A stretch of 64,000 nucleotides of DNA. Source: Capsulimonadaceae bacterium (GTDB lineage: Bacteria > Armatimonadota > Armatimonadia > Armatimonadales > Capsulimonadaceae). Position numbers and translations under genes: made by a program. The notes under the pieces are model-generated. The model worked only from the letters and a program-made list of their open reading frames with translations. It did no database searches and was not told where the DNA came from. Location: NCBI GenBank assembly GCA_965215505.1, contig OZ244065.1, positions 4,992,001 through 5,056,000 of the forward strand, given 5' to 3'. Below are positions 1-9,297 of this stretch, piece after piece. Position 1 is the first letter of the stretch. Every line of letters begins with the position of its first letter.

Positions 1-525
1 ATCAGCGCCGACGCCCTCGCCCATGACCTGCTCGCACCGGGTACGCCGGCCACCCGCTCTGTCCTGGCCGCCTTCCCCGCCTGTGCCGACCCTGCTGACC
101 CTGAAGGGCTGACCGTTGATCGCCGCGCCCTGGGCCAAACCGTCTTCGCCGACCCCGCCGCCCGCGCCCGGCTTGAGTCGTTGACCCATCCCGCCATCAT
201 CGCCGCCCTGCGCGAGCAGATCGCCCTCTGGCGTTTATCGGGCGAGGCAAAAGCCGCCGCCGCTGAGATTCCCTTGCTGTTCGAGGCCCGCCTGGAGTCC
301 CTCGTGGACCGCATCGTCGTCGTCACCTGCTCCCGCTCAGACCAGCTCTCTCGGATGCTGGCACGGGGAAGGTCCAATGCGGAAGAAGTCCATCGCCAGC
401 TCGCCGCCCAGTGGCCTCTCGCCCGGAAAGAGGCACGTGCCGATTACCTCATCACGGCCGATGACTTTGATGATGGCATGAAAAATACGCGCCGCCAAGT
501 TGAGGCGCTTTGGGACACCCTATGA
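1..525 (+). CDS. coaE: Dephospho-CoA kinase (5' end outside window)
   Basis: Open frame from base 1: [11 protein letters not shown]...[10 protein letters not shown]...LESLTHPAI...EIPLLFE...DRIVVV, all CoaE motifs. Confidence 0.9.
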   Translation: MSADALAHDLLAPGTPATRSVLAAFPACADPADPEGLTVDRRALGQTVFADPAARARLESLTHPAIIAALREQIALWRLSGEAKAAAAEIPLLFEARLESLVDRIVVVTCSRSDQLSRMLARGRSNAEEVHRQLAAQWPLARKEARADYLITADDFDDGMKNTRRQVEALWDTL

Positions 526-1079
526 CCGACACACAAGCCCATCAAGGCTTCACGCTCTGGCTGACCGGCCTGTCCGGGTCCGGCAAGTCCACGCTGACCG
601 GCCACCTCGCCCGGCTCTTCCGAGAGCGCGGCTACCGGGTGGAGCTGCTCGACGGCGACGAGGTGCGGACGCACCTGTCCAAAGGGCTGACCTTCTCCAA
701 GGAAGACCGGGACATCAATGTCCGCCGCATCGGCTATGTCGCCCGCCTCCTGGCCCGCAACGGCGTCATCGCCCTGACGGCAGCCATCTCCCCCTACAAA
801 GACGTTCGCGCCGAGGTCCGCGCCGAACACAAGGCCGACGGCGTCCCCTTCATCGAGGTATACGCCGAGGCCACTCTGGACGCCCTGGCCGAGCGGGACG
901 TGAAGGGGCTTTACAAAAAAGCTCTGGCGGGGGAAATCCCCCACTTCACCGGCGTCTCCGACCCCTACGAGCCGCCGACGCACCCCGAAGTCTCCGTCCG
1001 CACGGACCGGGACACGGTGGAGCAGTCACTAAAGCAGATATTGGAAGAGCTAACGCGGCGGGGACTGATTGGGGAATAG
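522..1079 (+). CDS. cysC: Adenylyl-sulfate kinase
   Basis: [13 protein letters not shown]-loop, [29 protein letters not shown] overlap with coaE stop. Confidence 0.95.
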   Translation: MTDTQAHQGFTLWLTGLSGSGKSTLTGHLARLFRERGYRVELLDGDEVRTHLSKGLTFSKEDRDINVRRIGYVARLLARNGVIALTAAISPYKDVRAEVRAEHKADGVPFIEVYAEATLDALAERDVKGLYKKALAGEIPHFTGVSDPYEPPTHPEVSVRTDRDTVEQSLKQILEELTRRGLIGE

Positions 1080-1084
1080 GCAAA

Positions 1085-1116
1085 GAAAAAGAGGACCATT
1101 TCTGGTCCTCTTTTTC
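1085..1116. terminator. Bidirectional intrinsic terminator
   Basis: gaaaaagaggacca-tttc-tggtcctctttttc hairpin between convergent cysC and tRNA. Confidence 0.8.
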
Positions 1117-1121
1117 CGTCA

Positions 1122-1193
1122 TAGCCCGTAGGGGAGTCGAACCCCTCTTACCGGCGTGAAAAGCCGATGTCCTAACCGATGAACGAACGGGCC
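1122..1193 (-). tRNA. tRNA-Glu(TTC), CCA not encoded
   Basis: Reverse complement GGCCCGT...GGTTAGGAC-TCGGC-TT-TTC-AC-GCCGG...GGTTCGACTCCCC-ACGGGCTA forms a cloverleaf. Confidence 0.95.
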
Positions 1194-1837
1194 GTAAGTG
1201 CAAGGGTCATCCAGCGCCCTAGCTTCTGTCGTATTTCAGTGTGAGAAGCACCTATTTGGCAAGTGCCATGAGCCTGCAAATTGCCTTTTTTGCCGTCACT
1301 CGCGCGGCTGACAGCCCTGCTCGTTTGATGAAACTGTGTTTCCGGCAGTCCAGTGACTCCGCGCCAGTAGCTTTCTACACTCTCCACCGAAATTCCAGGG
1401 TGCAGATGTATGGCGCATCGCAGAGAAGAATATGGAACACCAATCATCAGGAAGAACTCTAAAGCCTTCTGAATGACGCGCGGGTCGCAGTTGGCAATGC
1501 ACATATCATTCTGCTTCGTCTTGCTACCTTCACCAATGTAAAGTGCAAGTCCGAACATGAACTGTGCATCCTGCGAGAGAGTTATGTACTCCTCTTCCGC
1601 TTGGCGGTGATAGCCCGCCCAGCGCGTGTCGCGCCGAACACGCATCTTGTGGATGAACTTCTCGCGACCCGCCCGGAACTTGCAGGCGAGGGCGGCGATT
1701 TGCTCCTCCGTCAGCGGAATATCGCGCAGCCATAGGCTTAACGTGCTTTTGGAGACGCCGACTTCCTTAAGGATGTCGTTGTAGCTCCAGCCCAACCCGC
1801 GCAGCTCCCGCGCCCTCTGCTTTTCCTCGAACCTCAT
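1172..1837 (-). CDS. HTH + LAGLIDADG-like (LYxxEG) hypothetical protein whose stop lies within tRNA-Glu
   Basis: N-terminal HTH (GWSYNDILKEVGVSKSTLSLWLRDI), then FGLALYIGEGSK...NCDPRVI...YW motifs. Confidence 0.7.
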   Translation of the reverse strand: MRFEEKQRARELRGLGWSYNDILKEVGVSKSTLSLWLRDIPLTEEQIAALACKFRAGREKFIHKMRVRRDTRWAGYHRQAEEEYITLSQDAQFMFGLALYIGEGSKTKQNDMCIANCDPRVIQKALEFFLMIGVPYSSLRCAIHLHPGISVESVESYWRGVTGLPETQFHQTSRAVSRASDGKKGNLQAHGTCQIGASHTEIRQKLGRWMTLALTARSFIG

Positions 1838-1964
1838 GTCCCCAGCGGCCTCCCTGGCACGAAAACGCGGCAGGAGAATGATACCCAAACCGCCCGGCCT
1901 TTGTCAACTCCTGGGGAGAAAACAAAGCCGGGCGGCAGGGTAGGGGGCCTCCGAAGTCTGCTGT

Positions 1965-2534
1965 TTAAGGTAGGGTAGCGGCGAGACGCATCTGCGCGGG
2001 CAGGACGCGGCGGGCGCCCGCATAGTGGGCGACGTAGTAGCCGTCGCCGAGGCTGTCCATGCGGACGCCCTTATGGGCGTTGGCCGCGTGGATGAACTTG
2101 CCCCCGCCGGCGTAGATGCCGACATGGGAAATGCCGCGCTTGTAGGTGTTCTTGAAGAAGACCAGGTCGCCCGGCTGGAGCTGGTCGTTCGAGATCGGCG
2201 TCCCGTGGATGTACTGCTCGGTCGCCGTGCGCGGCAGGGCCACGCCGTCGGTCGCGCCGAGGATGTAGCGGACGAAGCCGGAGCAGTCGAAGCCCGAGCG
2301 GGACGTGCCGCCCATCACATAGCGCGTTCCGCGGAAGGCATAGGCGGCCTGGACGGCGTTGCCGCTGGCGATGGCCCTGTTCTGGTCCTGCCGGTGGGCG
2401 AGCGTCGCCGTGTGGGTGGCGGCGGAGTGGTGGGAGCGGTGGGCGAGGCCCGCCTGGGCGGGGAGCAGGAGCGAAGCGGCACAGGCCAGCAGCGCCGCTG
2501 GCTTGCGGTCAAAAGTCAGTCGAGACAAAAGCAA
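1965..2534 (-). CDS. NlpC/P60 (C40) cell-wall peptidase, secreted
   Basis: Signal peptide; YVMGGTSRSGFDCSGFV, LQPGDLVFF, SHVGIY, FIHA. Confidence 0.92.
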   Translation of the reverse strand: MLLSRLTFDRKPAALLACAASLLLPAQAGLAHRSHHSAATHTATLAHRQDQNRAIASGNAVQAAYAFRGTRYVMGGTSRSGFDCSGFVRYILGATDGVALPRTATEQYIHGTPISNDQLQPGDLVFFKNTYKRGISHVGIYAGGGKFIHAANAHKGVRMDSLGDGYYVAHYAGARRVLPAQMRLAATLP

Positions 2535-2647
2535 AAGTTCCTTTCGGGTTCATCTTTGGATCGCCGGCCGTAAATCTTAGGTGGCCGACGTGGGAAAGAC
2601 TATCCGCGAAGGCGGCACAGTCCGTGAGAGGGTCGGAAAAGGTGCGG

Positions 2648-2667
2648 CGAACACATTATAGTGTTCG
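2648..2667 (-). promoter_or_regulatory. Palindromic operator enclosing the -10 (TATAAT) of the NlpC/P60 promoter
   Basis: CGAACAC-attata-GTGTTCG; the spacer reads TATAAT on the minus strand. Confidence 0.5.
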
Positions 2668-2870
2668 TGCAATTTTTCACAACCAGGACATTCTAACACA
2701 AACAAGACGTTTTTGCAAGCCGAACCCGGTAAATTTGCGGATTCGCCCGAAACCGGGGCCTGGCCTCGTCCGCCTCGGCCATATGCGTCCGGGGGCTTGG
2801 CCTTGCTATATGGGCACGTTTGCGATATAATAGCCGTATTCAGTTACGGCAGGAAAAGAACACGCGCCTT

Positions 2871-3566
2871 ATGTCTGAAGATGTCGGCTTCCTGCTCCGG
2901 GGCGGCCCCGTGATGTGGCCCCTGTTTCTCTGCGGCGTGGTCAGCGTCGCCGTCATGATCGAGCGTTTCCTCGCCATCGGCGCCGCCGTCCGGGACAACG
3001 AAGCTTTAATGAGCCGCATCTCCACACTGCTCAAGGCCGGGCAGGCCGCCGACGCCCTGGCCTTCTGCGAGCAGTCGCCGGGGCGGATCGCCAAAGTGGT
3101 CGCGGGCGGCCTGCGCTCCGCCCACCTGGACCGCGACCGGATCGAGCGTTCGATGGAGGAGTCGGCCCTGAGAGAGCTGCCCACCCTCTATGACCGCCTG
3201 GGCGTGCTGGACACCATCGTCACCCTCGCCCCCCTCCTGGGGCTACTGGGGACAGTCACCGGCATGATCCACGCCTTCCACGTCGTCGGCTCGGCGGCGG
3301 GCCTGGGCGGCAACCCGAACGCCATCACCAGCGGCGTCTCCGAGGCCCTGGTCGCCACCAGCGTCGGCCTGACCATCGCCATCGTGACCCTGCCCGCCTA
3401 CAACTTCCTGACCGAGCGTGTCAAGGAGAACGTCGGCGAGATGGAGCTGCGCGCCGCCCAGTTCCTGAACGTGGTCGCGGCGATGGACTACGACGAGGCC
3501 CAGAAGACTCAGGCCGAGGCAACGGCTCAGAAGGACGGAGAAACCCATGAAGCTGTCGCGCGGTGA
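2871..3566 (+). CDS. exbB: MotA/TolQ/ExbB proton channel protein
   Basis: GGPVMWPL, LDTIVTLAPLLGLLGTVTGMI, GVSEALVATSVGLTIAI. Confidence 0.92.
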   Translation: MSEDVGFLLRGGPVMWPLFLCGVVSVAVMIERFLAIGAAVRDNEALMSRISTLLKAGQAADALAFCEQSPGRIAKVVAGGLRSAHLDRDRIERSMEESALRELPTLYDRLGVLDTIVTLAPLLGLLGTVTGMIHAFHVVGSAAGLGGNPNAITSGVSEALVATSVGLTIAIVTLPAYNFLTERVKENVGEMELRAAQFLNVVAAMDYDEAQKTQAEATAQKDGETHEAVAR

Positions 3567-3963
3567 GATGAAGCGGGCACGGATCGAGATCATCCCGATG
3601 ATCGACACGATCTTCTTCCTGCTAGTCTTCTTCATGATCACCAGCCTCTCCATGGTGCCCATGTCCGCCCACCGGGTGGACCTGCCCTCCAGCGAAACCG
3701 CCGCGCTGAAGCCGCAGGAGAAGGTCGTCGTCACCATCTCCAAAGAGGGCGACTTCTATGTGGACCGGGAGCGCGTGGCCGAGGGCCAGATCAAGCCGCT
3801 CGTCGCCGCCCGCGTCAGCGAGAACCCGGCCGTCGCCGTCATCATCAACTGCGACAAGGACCAGAAGCTGGACAAGTTCCAGCGCGCCTTCGACCTGATC
3901 AAGCAAGCCAACGCCGGCACCGTGATGATCGCCACCGCGCCCGAAGCGCCTTCGCAGCCTTAG
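3547..3963 (+). CDS. exbD: ExbD/TolR biopolymer transport protein
   Basis: [20 protein letters not shown] transmembrane helix with the conserved Asp. Confidence 0.92.
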   Translation: MKLSRGEMKRARIEIIPMIDTIFFLLVFFMITSLSMVPMSAHRVDLPSSETAALKPQEKVVVTISKEGDFYVDRERVAEGQIKPLVAARVSENPAVAVIINCDKDQKLDKFQRAFDLIKQANAGTVMIATAPEAPSQP

Positions 3964-3988
3964 AGTATCAGAGGATGCCGAGACCACG

Positions 3989-4492
3989 ATGAAGTTCCCG
4001 CCCCGCCAGATCAAGCGCGCTCGGATCGAGATCATCCCGATGATTGATACGATCTTCTTCCTGCTGGTCTTCTTCATGATCACCAGCCTCTCCATGGTCC
4101 GCATGAAGGCCATGACCGTCGTCCTGCCCCGCAACACGCCCCCCGCCGCCGCGAACGCCCCCGCGGGCAACGCCGCCGACCGGCAGCACCTCGTCATCCT
4201 GACCGTCAGCGACGCGGGCGGCTACTACCTGGGGACGCGCCGGATCGCGCCCGAGGCTTTGGGGGCCGCCCTGCAATCGCGGGCCACCTCGGACCCCCAC
4301 GCTGTGGTCGTCCTGAACGTCGCCAAGTCGCAAACCGCCCAGACGCTCATCAAGATCATGGACGCCGTCAACCGTGTCCGCACCCCCGACGGGCAGCCCG
4401 TCTCGGCCCTGATGGCGACGGAACCCGTGGACCAGACGGGACACGCCCTCACTGTGCCGCCCCTGCCGAGTGGAAACCAAGCAAGCCCATGA
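3989..4492 (+). CDS. exbD: Second ExbD/TolR paralog
   Basis: Same N-terminal [20 protein letters not shown] motif. Confidence 0.9.
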   Translation: MKFPPRQIKRARIEIIPMIDTIFFLLVFFMITSLSMVRMKAMTVVLPRNTPPAAANAPAGNAADRQHLVILTVSDAGGYYLGTRRIAPEALGAALQSRATSDPHAVVVLNVAKSQTAQTLIKIMDAVNRVRTPDGQPVSALMATEPVDQTGHALTVPPLPSGNQASP

Positions 4493-7400
4493 ACAAAAAG
4501 AAGCGGATCGCCGTCGCCTACCTGGCCTCGTTCCTGCTCAACGGGGTCTTCTGGCTGGTCTACGCCCGCGAGCTGCGTCAGGCGGGGGCCACCCCGCCCA
4601 AGCCCGCCCCCGCCGCCAGCAGCTTCAAGCCCCTCGTCCTGGGCCAGTTCAAGCCCCTCCCGCGCCGCGAACTCCCGCCGCCCGCCACGCGCGCGGCGAA
4701 TGCGCCCAGCGGGATGAAGGCCGGCGAAACCGGCGCGAATGGCAGGCCCGGTACGGCGGACGCCTCCCGCTCCGCTTCCCTAGACAGCCGCCCGGACCAG
4801 GCCGCGTCCGCTTCGGGGGCCGCCGCCCAGGCCGCCGGGCTGTCCGCGGGCGCAAACGCTTCCCGCCCTGGCCTCACGGCGTCGGGTGCCGCCGGTCAGG
4901 CCCCGGCCGCTTCGGCAGGCCTCGCCCCGGCGGGGCTGAAGGCGGCCGTCCAGGGCGGGAAGCAGGCCGTGGGAGGCAGCCGCGCCTCGCTGACGGCGCA
5001 CGGTCAGGCAGGCAAGACCGGGGCAGCAGTCCGGGTGGCGTCCGCGCAGACCCCGTCCGGCACCTCCTCCAGCCATGACGACTTGGCCGCCTCCGAGAAC
5101 GGCGGCGACAGCGCCGCGTCCGCCGCCGCCGTCCGCGCGCAGGCCCTGGCCGCCGCCCGCCTGGCCCTGCTCCAGTCCGCCGCACTCAAGGCGGCCATTC
5201 CGACCGACAAAGACGGCAGCGATAAAGACGGCAAAGACGCGAAGAACCCCGAGCCGGAGAAGGCGAAGGCCGACAAGCAGAAGCCCCCGCCCCCCGGCCA
5301 GAAGGTCGCCCTCAAAGTCATCAAGATGTGGACCCCCCGGCCCGGCCAGAAGTTCAACCTGGCGACGAGTCTGAACATTACCCTCCCGCCGACCCTGACG
5401 CTGGTTCCCGGCCCCCCGCTGACCCCGGAGCAGATGGAAGAGATCCAGAAGCTCCTGCGCCAGCAGAAGCTCAAGCATGTGACGCTTGACCGCAAGCAGC
5501 TCAAAAAGCTGATCGCCGCCCAGCGCATCGCTGAGGACACCAAAAAGCCGGACCAGAAGCAGCCCGGCGACGAGGGCCGCAAGCGCGAAGCCAAGCGCGA
5601 GCAGAAGCCGCGTGTCGCCAAGCCGCGCACCGCCTCCGCGCGCCGCCCCGCCCCCGCCAAGATCGCCATGGCGCGGCCCCGGTCGCCGTTCACCTACAAG
5701 CAGTGGAACAGCGACATGCTCCGCCGCTGGCAGCCGACCTCGCCTGCCGCCGAAGCCGCCCAGGGCGGTGCTGCGGGTGATCCTTCCCAGCGAGTCGCAA
5801 GCAACGGACAGCCCGGCCAAGACCCGGCCTCCCCCCTGGCGCTCCACCCGCCGGACGGTCAGGCGGACGGAGTCCCTGGCACGAATGCCGAGCCTCAGCC
5901 CGGCGCTGCGGGGACGCCCGGCGCTGCACCCGTTGGACCGCCAGGGGCAGACGGAACTCCGAACGCCGCTAACAATCCCCCCGCGTTGGGAACACCTGCC
6001 AACCCCACGACAGGCCAAGCAGGAGCGCAAGGCCAAGCAGGAGCGCAACCTGGTGCTAACGCAGGGCAGCCCGGCGCACCGGCAGGGCAGCCCGGTCAGG
6101 CAGGAGCGCAGGCGGGTCAGCAAGGTTTAGCCGGTCAACAGGGCGTACAGGGCCAGCCTGGAGGGCCAACGACGGGGGCCGCAGGCAATCCATCAAACCA
6201 GGGGAACACCCAGAACGGCCAGCCTGGTGCGCCGCCCGCGTCACCTGCCAATCCCGGTGGTGCCGCTGGGTCAGCGGGCCAGCCCGTGACTCAGGGCACC
6301 CCGCCCACAGCGAGTCAGGGCGGCCAGCCTGGTGCGGCTGGTGGGCCAGCAGGCCAGCCCGGCGGACAAAACACACCGCCGACGGGACAGCCAGGGCAGC
6401 CAAACAACCCGGCCGGTCAGGCCGGTCAACCTGGCCAGCCAGGGGCGCAAGGCCAGCCAGGGGCGCAAGGCCAGCCAGGGGCGCAAGGCCAGCCAGGGGC
6501 GCAAGGCCAGCCAGGGGCGCAAGGCCAGCCAGGGGCGCAAGGCCAGCCAGGGGCGCAAGGCCAGCCAGGGGCGCAAGGCCAGCCAGGGGCGCAAGGCCAG
6601 CCAGGGGCGCAAGGCCAGCCAGGGGCGCAAGGCCAGCCAGGAGGAGCGGCAGGACAGCCGGGCGCGGCGGCGGGTTCTCCAAACCCGCCCGCGCCCGGCA
6701 ATCCGGGTCAGCCCGGCAATCCGGGTCAGCCCGGCAATCCGGGTCAGCCCGGCAATCCGGGTCAGCCCGGCAATCCGGGTCAGCCCGGCAATCCGGGTCA
6801 GCCCGGCAATCCGGGTCAGCCCGGCAATCCGGGTCAGCCCGGCAATCCGGGTCAGCCCGGCAATCCGGGTCAGCCCGGCAATCCGGGTCAGCCCGGCAAT
6901 CCGGGTCAGCCCGGCAATCCGGGTCAGCCCGGCAATCCGGGTCAGCCCGGCAATCCGGGTCAGCCCGGCAATCCGGGTGGCAACCCTCCTGCCGGTCAAC
7001 AAGGCGGGCAAGGACAGCCTGGTCAGCCGGGGCAACCGGGCGGTCAGCCGGGTGCTAACGCTGCTCCGCAAGGTGTGCCGGGCGGACCAGCAGGACAGCA
7101 GGGGCAACCTGGGGCGCAGGGTAATCAACAGGGCGCGAATGAAGGCCAGCCCGGAGGCCAGCCCGGAGGCCAGCCCGGAGGCCAGCCCGGAGGCCAGCCC
7201 GGAGGCCAGCCCGGAGGCCAGCCCGGAGGCCAGCCCGGAGGCCAGCCCGGAGGCCAGCCCGGAGGCCAGCCCGGAGGCCAGCCCGGAGGCCAGCCCGGAG
7301 GCCAGCCCGGAGGCCAGCCCGGAGGCCAGCCCGGAGGCCAGCCCGGAGGCCAGCCCGGAGGCCAGCCCGGAGGCCAGCCCGGAGGCCAGCCCGGAGGCCA

Positions 7401-9273
7401 GCCCGGAGGCCAGCCCGGAGGCCAGCCCGGAGGCCAGCCCGGAGGCCAGCCCGGAGGCCAGCCCGGAGGCCAGCCCGGAGGCCAGCCCGGAGGCCAGCCC
7501 GGAGGCCAGCCCGGAGGCCAGCCCGGAGGCCAGCCCGGAGGCCAGCCCGGAGGCCAGCCCGGAGGCCAGCCCGGAGGCCAGCCCGGAGGCCAGCCCGGAG
7601 GCCAGCCCGGAGGCCAGCCCGGAGGCCAGCCCGGAGGCCAGCCCGGAGGCCAGCCCGGAGGCCAGCCCGGAGGCCAGCCCGGAGGCCAGCCCGGAGGCCA
7701 GCCCGGAACTAACACTCCCAGACAATCCGCTCCAGGACAGCCGGGTCAAGGACAGCCGGGTCAAGGACAGCCGGGTCAAGGACAGCCGGGTCAAGGACAG
7801 CCGGGTCAAGGACAGCCGGGTCAAGGACAGCCGGGTCAGGGACAACCTGGGCAGGGACAACCTGGGCAGGGACAACCTGGGCAGGGACAACCTGGGTCGC
7901 AGGCTGGTCAGCCTGGCCAGCAAGGGGCACAGGCCGGACAGCCGAGTGATGCCGGGGCACAGGCCGGACAGCCGAGTGATGCCGGGGCGCAGGCAGCGGA
8001 TGGGAACCTGGATGCGCCTGCCGCAGCGGCAACACCGGGAACTTCGGGCGCGACGGGCGGCGTCTTGAGCGGAGAGCAGAATGATGGCATGTCGGACACC
8101 GCCGACCCGACGCAGATCACGGCGCAGAACACCGAGTCCACGGGCTTTGACACGCCCGAAACCCGTGCCTATCCTGACCTTCCCTCCGACCCGGTGGGCG
8201 GCGACAAGAAGGGCATTCCGGGCGCTCTGATCCTGCCGCCCTCGCCGCCGATGGGGACCGAGACGGGGAAGGACCCGACGCCGCACCCCGTCAAGACCAA
8301 CATCATCACCCGCGCCACCGGCAAGACGGCGACGCGCGTCAGCCCGGTCACGCAGCCGACGCCCACGAGCCGCGCGCAGGCCGCGCGCAAGGCCACGCCC
8401 GCCCCCATCGGCATGGCGAAGAAGACTGACGCCAAGCCGATCGCGCCCGCCCTGACCGTCGGCTCGACCAGCGCGCGCGGCACCGTCCCGGTCGTCGTCC
8501 TGGCCCGACCGCACCTCGCTCTGGGGACGGTGGCAGACACGATTGACCCGCCGCTGCCGCCCGCCAAAGGCACGCCGCGTTCGCACACCCTCGCGCTCAA
8601 GCAGGAGCCGGTCCGCGCCCTGGCCGCCGCCCGGACTCCCCCGCCCGCCGCACCCGCGCCGCCGACGGAGAGCGTCAAGAAGACCCCGCCCATCGTCCGG
8701 CAGGTCAAGAACAGCGAGGGCATCAAGGAGGGGACCGAACAGCCCTTGCCGCCGACCCCCCTGCCGGACAGCGACATGGAGATCGGCGACGGCTCCGGCC
8801 TGAAGGGCGACTACTACCAGGGCCGTCGTTTCGACCAGTTCCAGTTCACGCGGGCCGACCCGAACATCAACTTCGTCTTCACCGACCTGCCGGACCGGTC
8901 GCCCAGCCCCAAGATCCCCTCGGGCAGCGACTACACCGTCCGCTGGACCGGCAAGATCGCGGCGAAGTATTCCGAGACGTACACCCTCTACACCACCGTA
9001 GACGACGGCGTCCGCGTCTGGATCAACCACAAGCTGATCATCGACGACTGGACACTGCACGGGGCGACCGAGTTCTCCAACCGCTTCACCTTCAAGGCCG
9101 GGGAACAGTACCCTATCAAAGTGGAGTATCTGGAAAGCGCGGGCGGGGCCGCCCTCGTCCGGCTCTACTGGTCCAGCCCGAGCCAGCAGAAGCAGTACGT
9201 CCCCGAGGATGCCTTCTTCTACCCGCTGCCGAGCGACGAGGACGACCTGAAGAAAGACAAGGCCCCGCTGTAA
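4489..9273 (+). CDS. Giant membrane-anchored Gly/Gln/Pro-repeat protein with C-terminal PA14 domain (TonB/TolA position)
   Basis: Basic N-terminus + TM helix (ASFLLNG); GQPG tandem repeats; C-terminal GLKGDYY...YTVRWTGKI...DDGVRVWI...LYWSSP PA14 signature. Confidence 0.85.
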   Translation: MNKKKRIAVAYLASFLLNGVFWLVYARELRQAGATPPKPAPAASSFKPLVLGQFKPLPRRELPPPATRAANAPSGMKAGETGANGRPGTADASRSASLDSRPDQAASASGAAAQAAGLSAGANASRPGLTASGAAGQAPAASAGLAPAGLKAAVQGGKQAVGGSRASLTAHGQAGKTGAAVRVASAQTPSGTSSSHDDLAASENGGDSAASAAAVRAQALAAARLALLQSAALKAAIPTDKDGSDKDGKDAKNPEPEKAKADKQKPPPPGQKVALKVIKMWTPRPGQKFNLATSLNITLPPTLTLVPGPPLTPEQMEEIQKLLRQQKLKHVTLDRKQLKKLIAAQRIAEDTKKPDQKQPGDEGRKREAKREQKPRVAKPRTASARRPAPAKIAMARPRSPFTYKQWNSDMLRRWQPTSPAAEAAQGGAAGDPSQRVASNGQPGQDPASPLALHPPDGQADGVPGTNAEPQPGAAGTPGAAPVGPPGADGTPNAANNPPALGTPANPTTGQAGAQGQAGAQPGANAGQPGAPAGQPGQAGAQAGQQGLAGQQGVQGQPGGPTTGAAGNPSNQGNTQNGQPGAPPASPANPGGAAGSAGQPVTQGTPPTASQGGQPGAAGGPAGQPGGQNTPPTGQPGQPNNPAGQAGQPGQPGAQGQPGAQGQPGAQGQPGAQGQPGAQGQPGAQGQPGAQGQPGAQGQPGAQGQPGAQGQPGAQGQPGGAAGQPGAAAGSPNPPAPGNPGQPGNPGQPGNPGQPGNPGQPGNPGQPGNPGQPGNPGQPGNPGQPGNPGQPGNPGQPGNPGQPGNPGQPGNPGQPGNPGQPGNPGQPGNPGGNPPAGQQGGQGQPGQPGQPGGQPGANAAPQGVPGGPAGQQGQPGAQGNQQGANEGQPGGQPGGQPGGQPGGQPGGQPGGQPGGQPGGQPGGQPGGQPGGQPGGQPGGQPGGQPGGQPGGQPGGQPGGQPGGQPGGQPGGQPGGQPGGQPGGQPGGQPGGQPGGQPGGQPGGQPGGQPGGQPGGQPGGQPGGQPGGQPGGQPGGQPGGQPGGQPGGQPGGQPGGQPGGQPGGQPGGQPGGQPGTNTPRQSAPGQPGQGQPGQGQPGQGQPGQGQPGQGQPGQGQPGQGQPGQGQPGQGQPGQGQPGSQAGQPGQQGAQAGQPSDAGAQAGQPSDAGAQAADGNLDAPAAAATPGTSGATGGVLSGEQNDGMSDTADPTQITAQNTESTGFDTPETRAYPDLPSDPVGGDKKGIPGALILPPSPPMGTETGKDPTPHPVKTNIITRATGKTATRVSPVTQPTPTSRAQAARKATPAPIGMAKKTDAKPIAPALTVGSTSARGTVPVVVLARPHLALGTVADTIDPPLPPAKGTPRSHTLALKQEPVRALAAARTPPPAAPAPPTESVKKTPPIVRQVKNSEGIKEGTEQPLPPTPLPDSDMEIGDGSGLKGDYYQGRRFDQFQFTRADPNINFVFTDLPDRSPSPKIPSGSDYTVRWTGKIAAKYSETYTLYTTVDDGVRVWINHKLIIDDWTLHGATEFSNRFTFKAGEQYPIKVEYLESAGGAALVRLYWSSPSQQKQYVPEDAFFYPLPSDEDDLKKDKAPL
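6433..6630 (+). repeat. 18-bp tandem repeat x11 (GQPGAQ)
   Basis: ggccagccaggggcgcaa repeated perfectly. Confidence 0.95.
6694..6978 (+). repeat. 18-bp tandem repeat x15 plus a partial copy (PGNPGQ)
   Basis: cccggcaatccgggtcag repeated perfectly. Confidence 0.95.
7144..7707 (+). repeat. 12-bp tandem repeat x47 (GQPG)
   Basis: ggccagcccgga repeated perfectly. Confidence 0.95.
7735..7899 (+). repeat. 15-bp tandem repeat ~x11 in two sequence variants (GQPGQ)
   Basis: ggacagccgggtcaa units followed by ggacaacctgggcag units. Confidence 0.9.
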
Positions 9274-9297
9274 AACGCGGCGGATGACGCAAGCACC

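Noticed and set aside
1122-1193. tRNA-Glu as the attachment site of an integrated element
   Set aside because: No integrase and no duplicated tRNA 3' end found in the window
2535-2650. c-di-AMP or c-di-GMP riboswitch ahead of NlpC/P60
   Set aside because: Context is suggestive, but I could not match the consensus motifs by eye
6433-7899. Tandem arrays as a CRISPR array
   Set aside because: Units are contiguous with no unique spacers, are in-frame within a CDS, and no cas genes are present
6271-9060. Long alternative-frame and antisense ORFs (929 aa, 578 aa, 196 aa)
   Set aside because: Shadows of the stop-free GC-rich repeats within the 1594-aa gene
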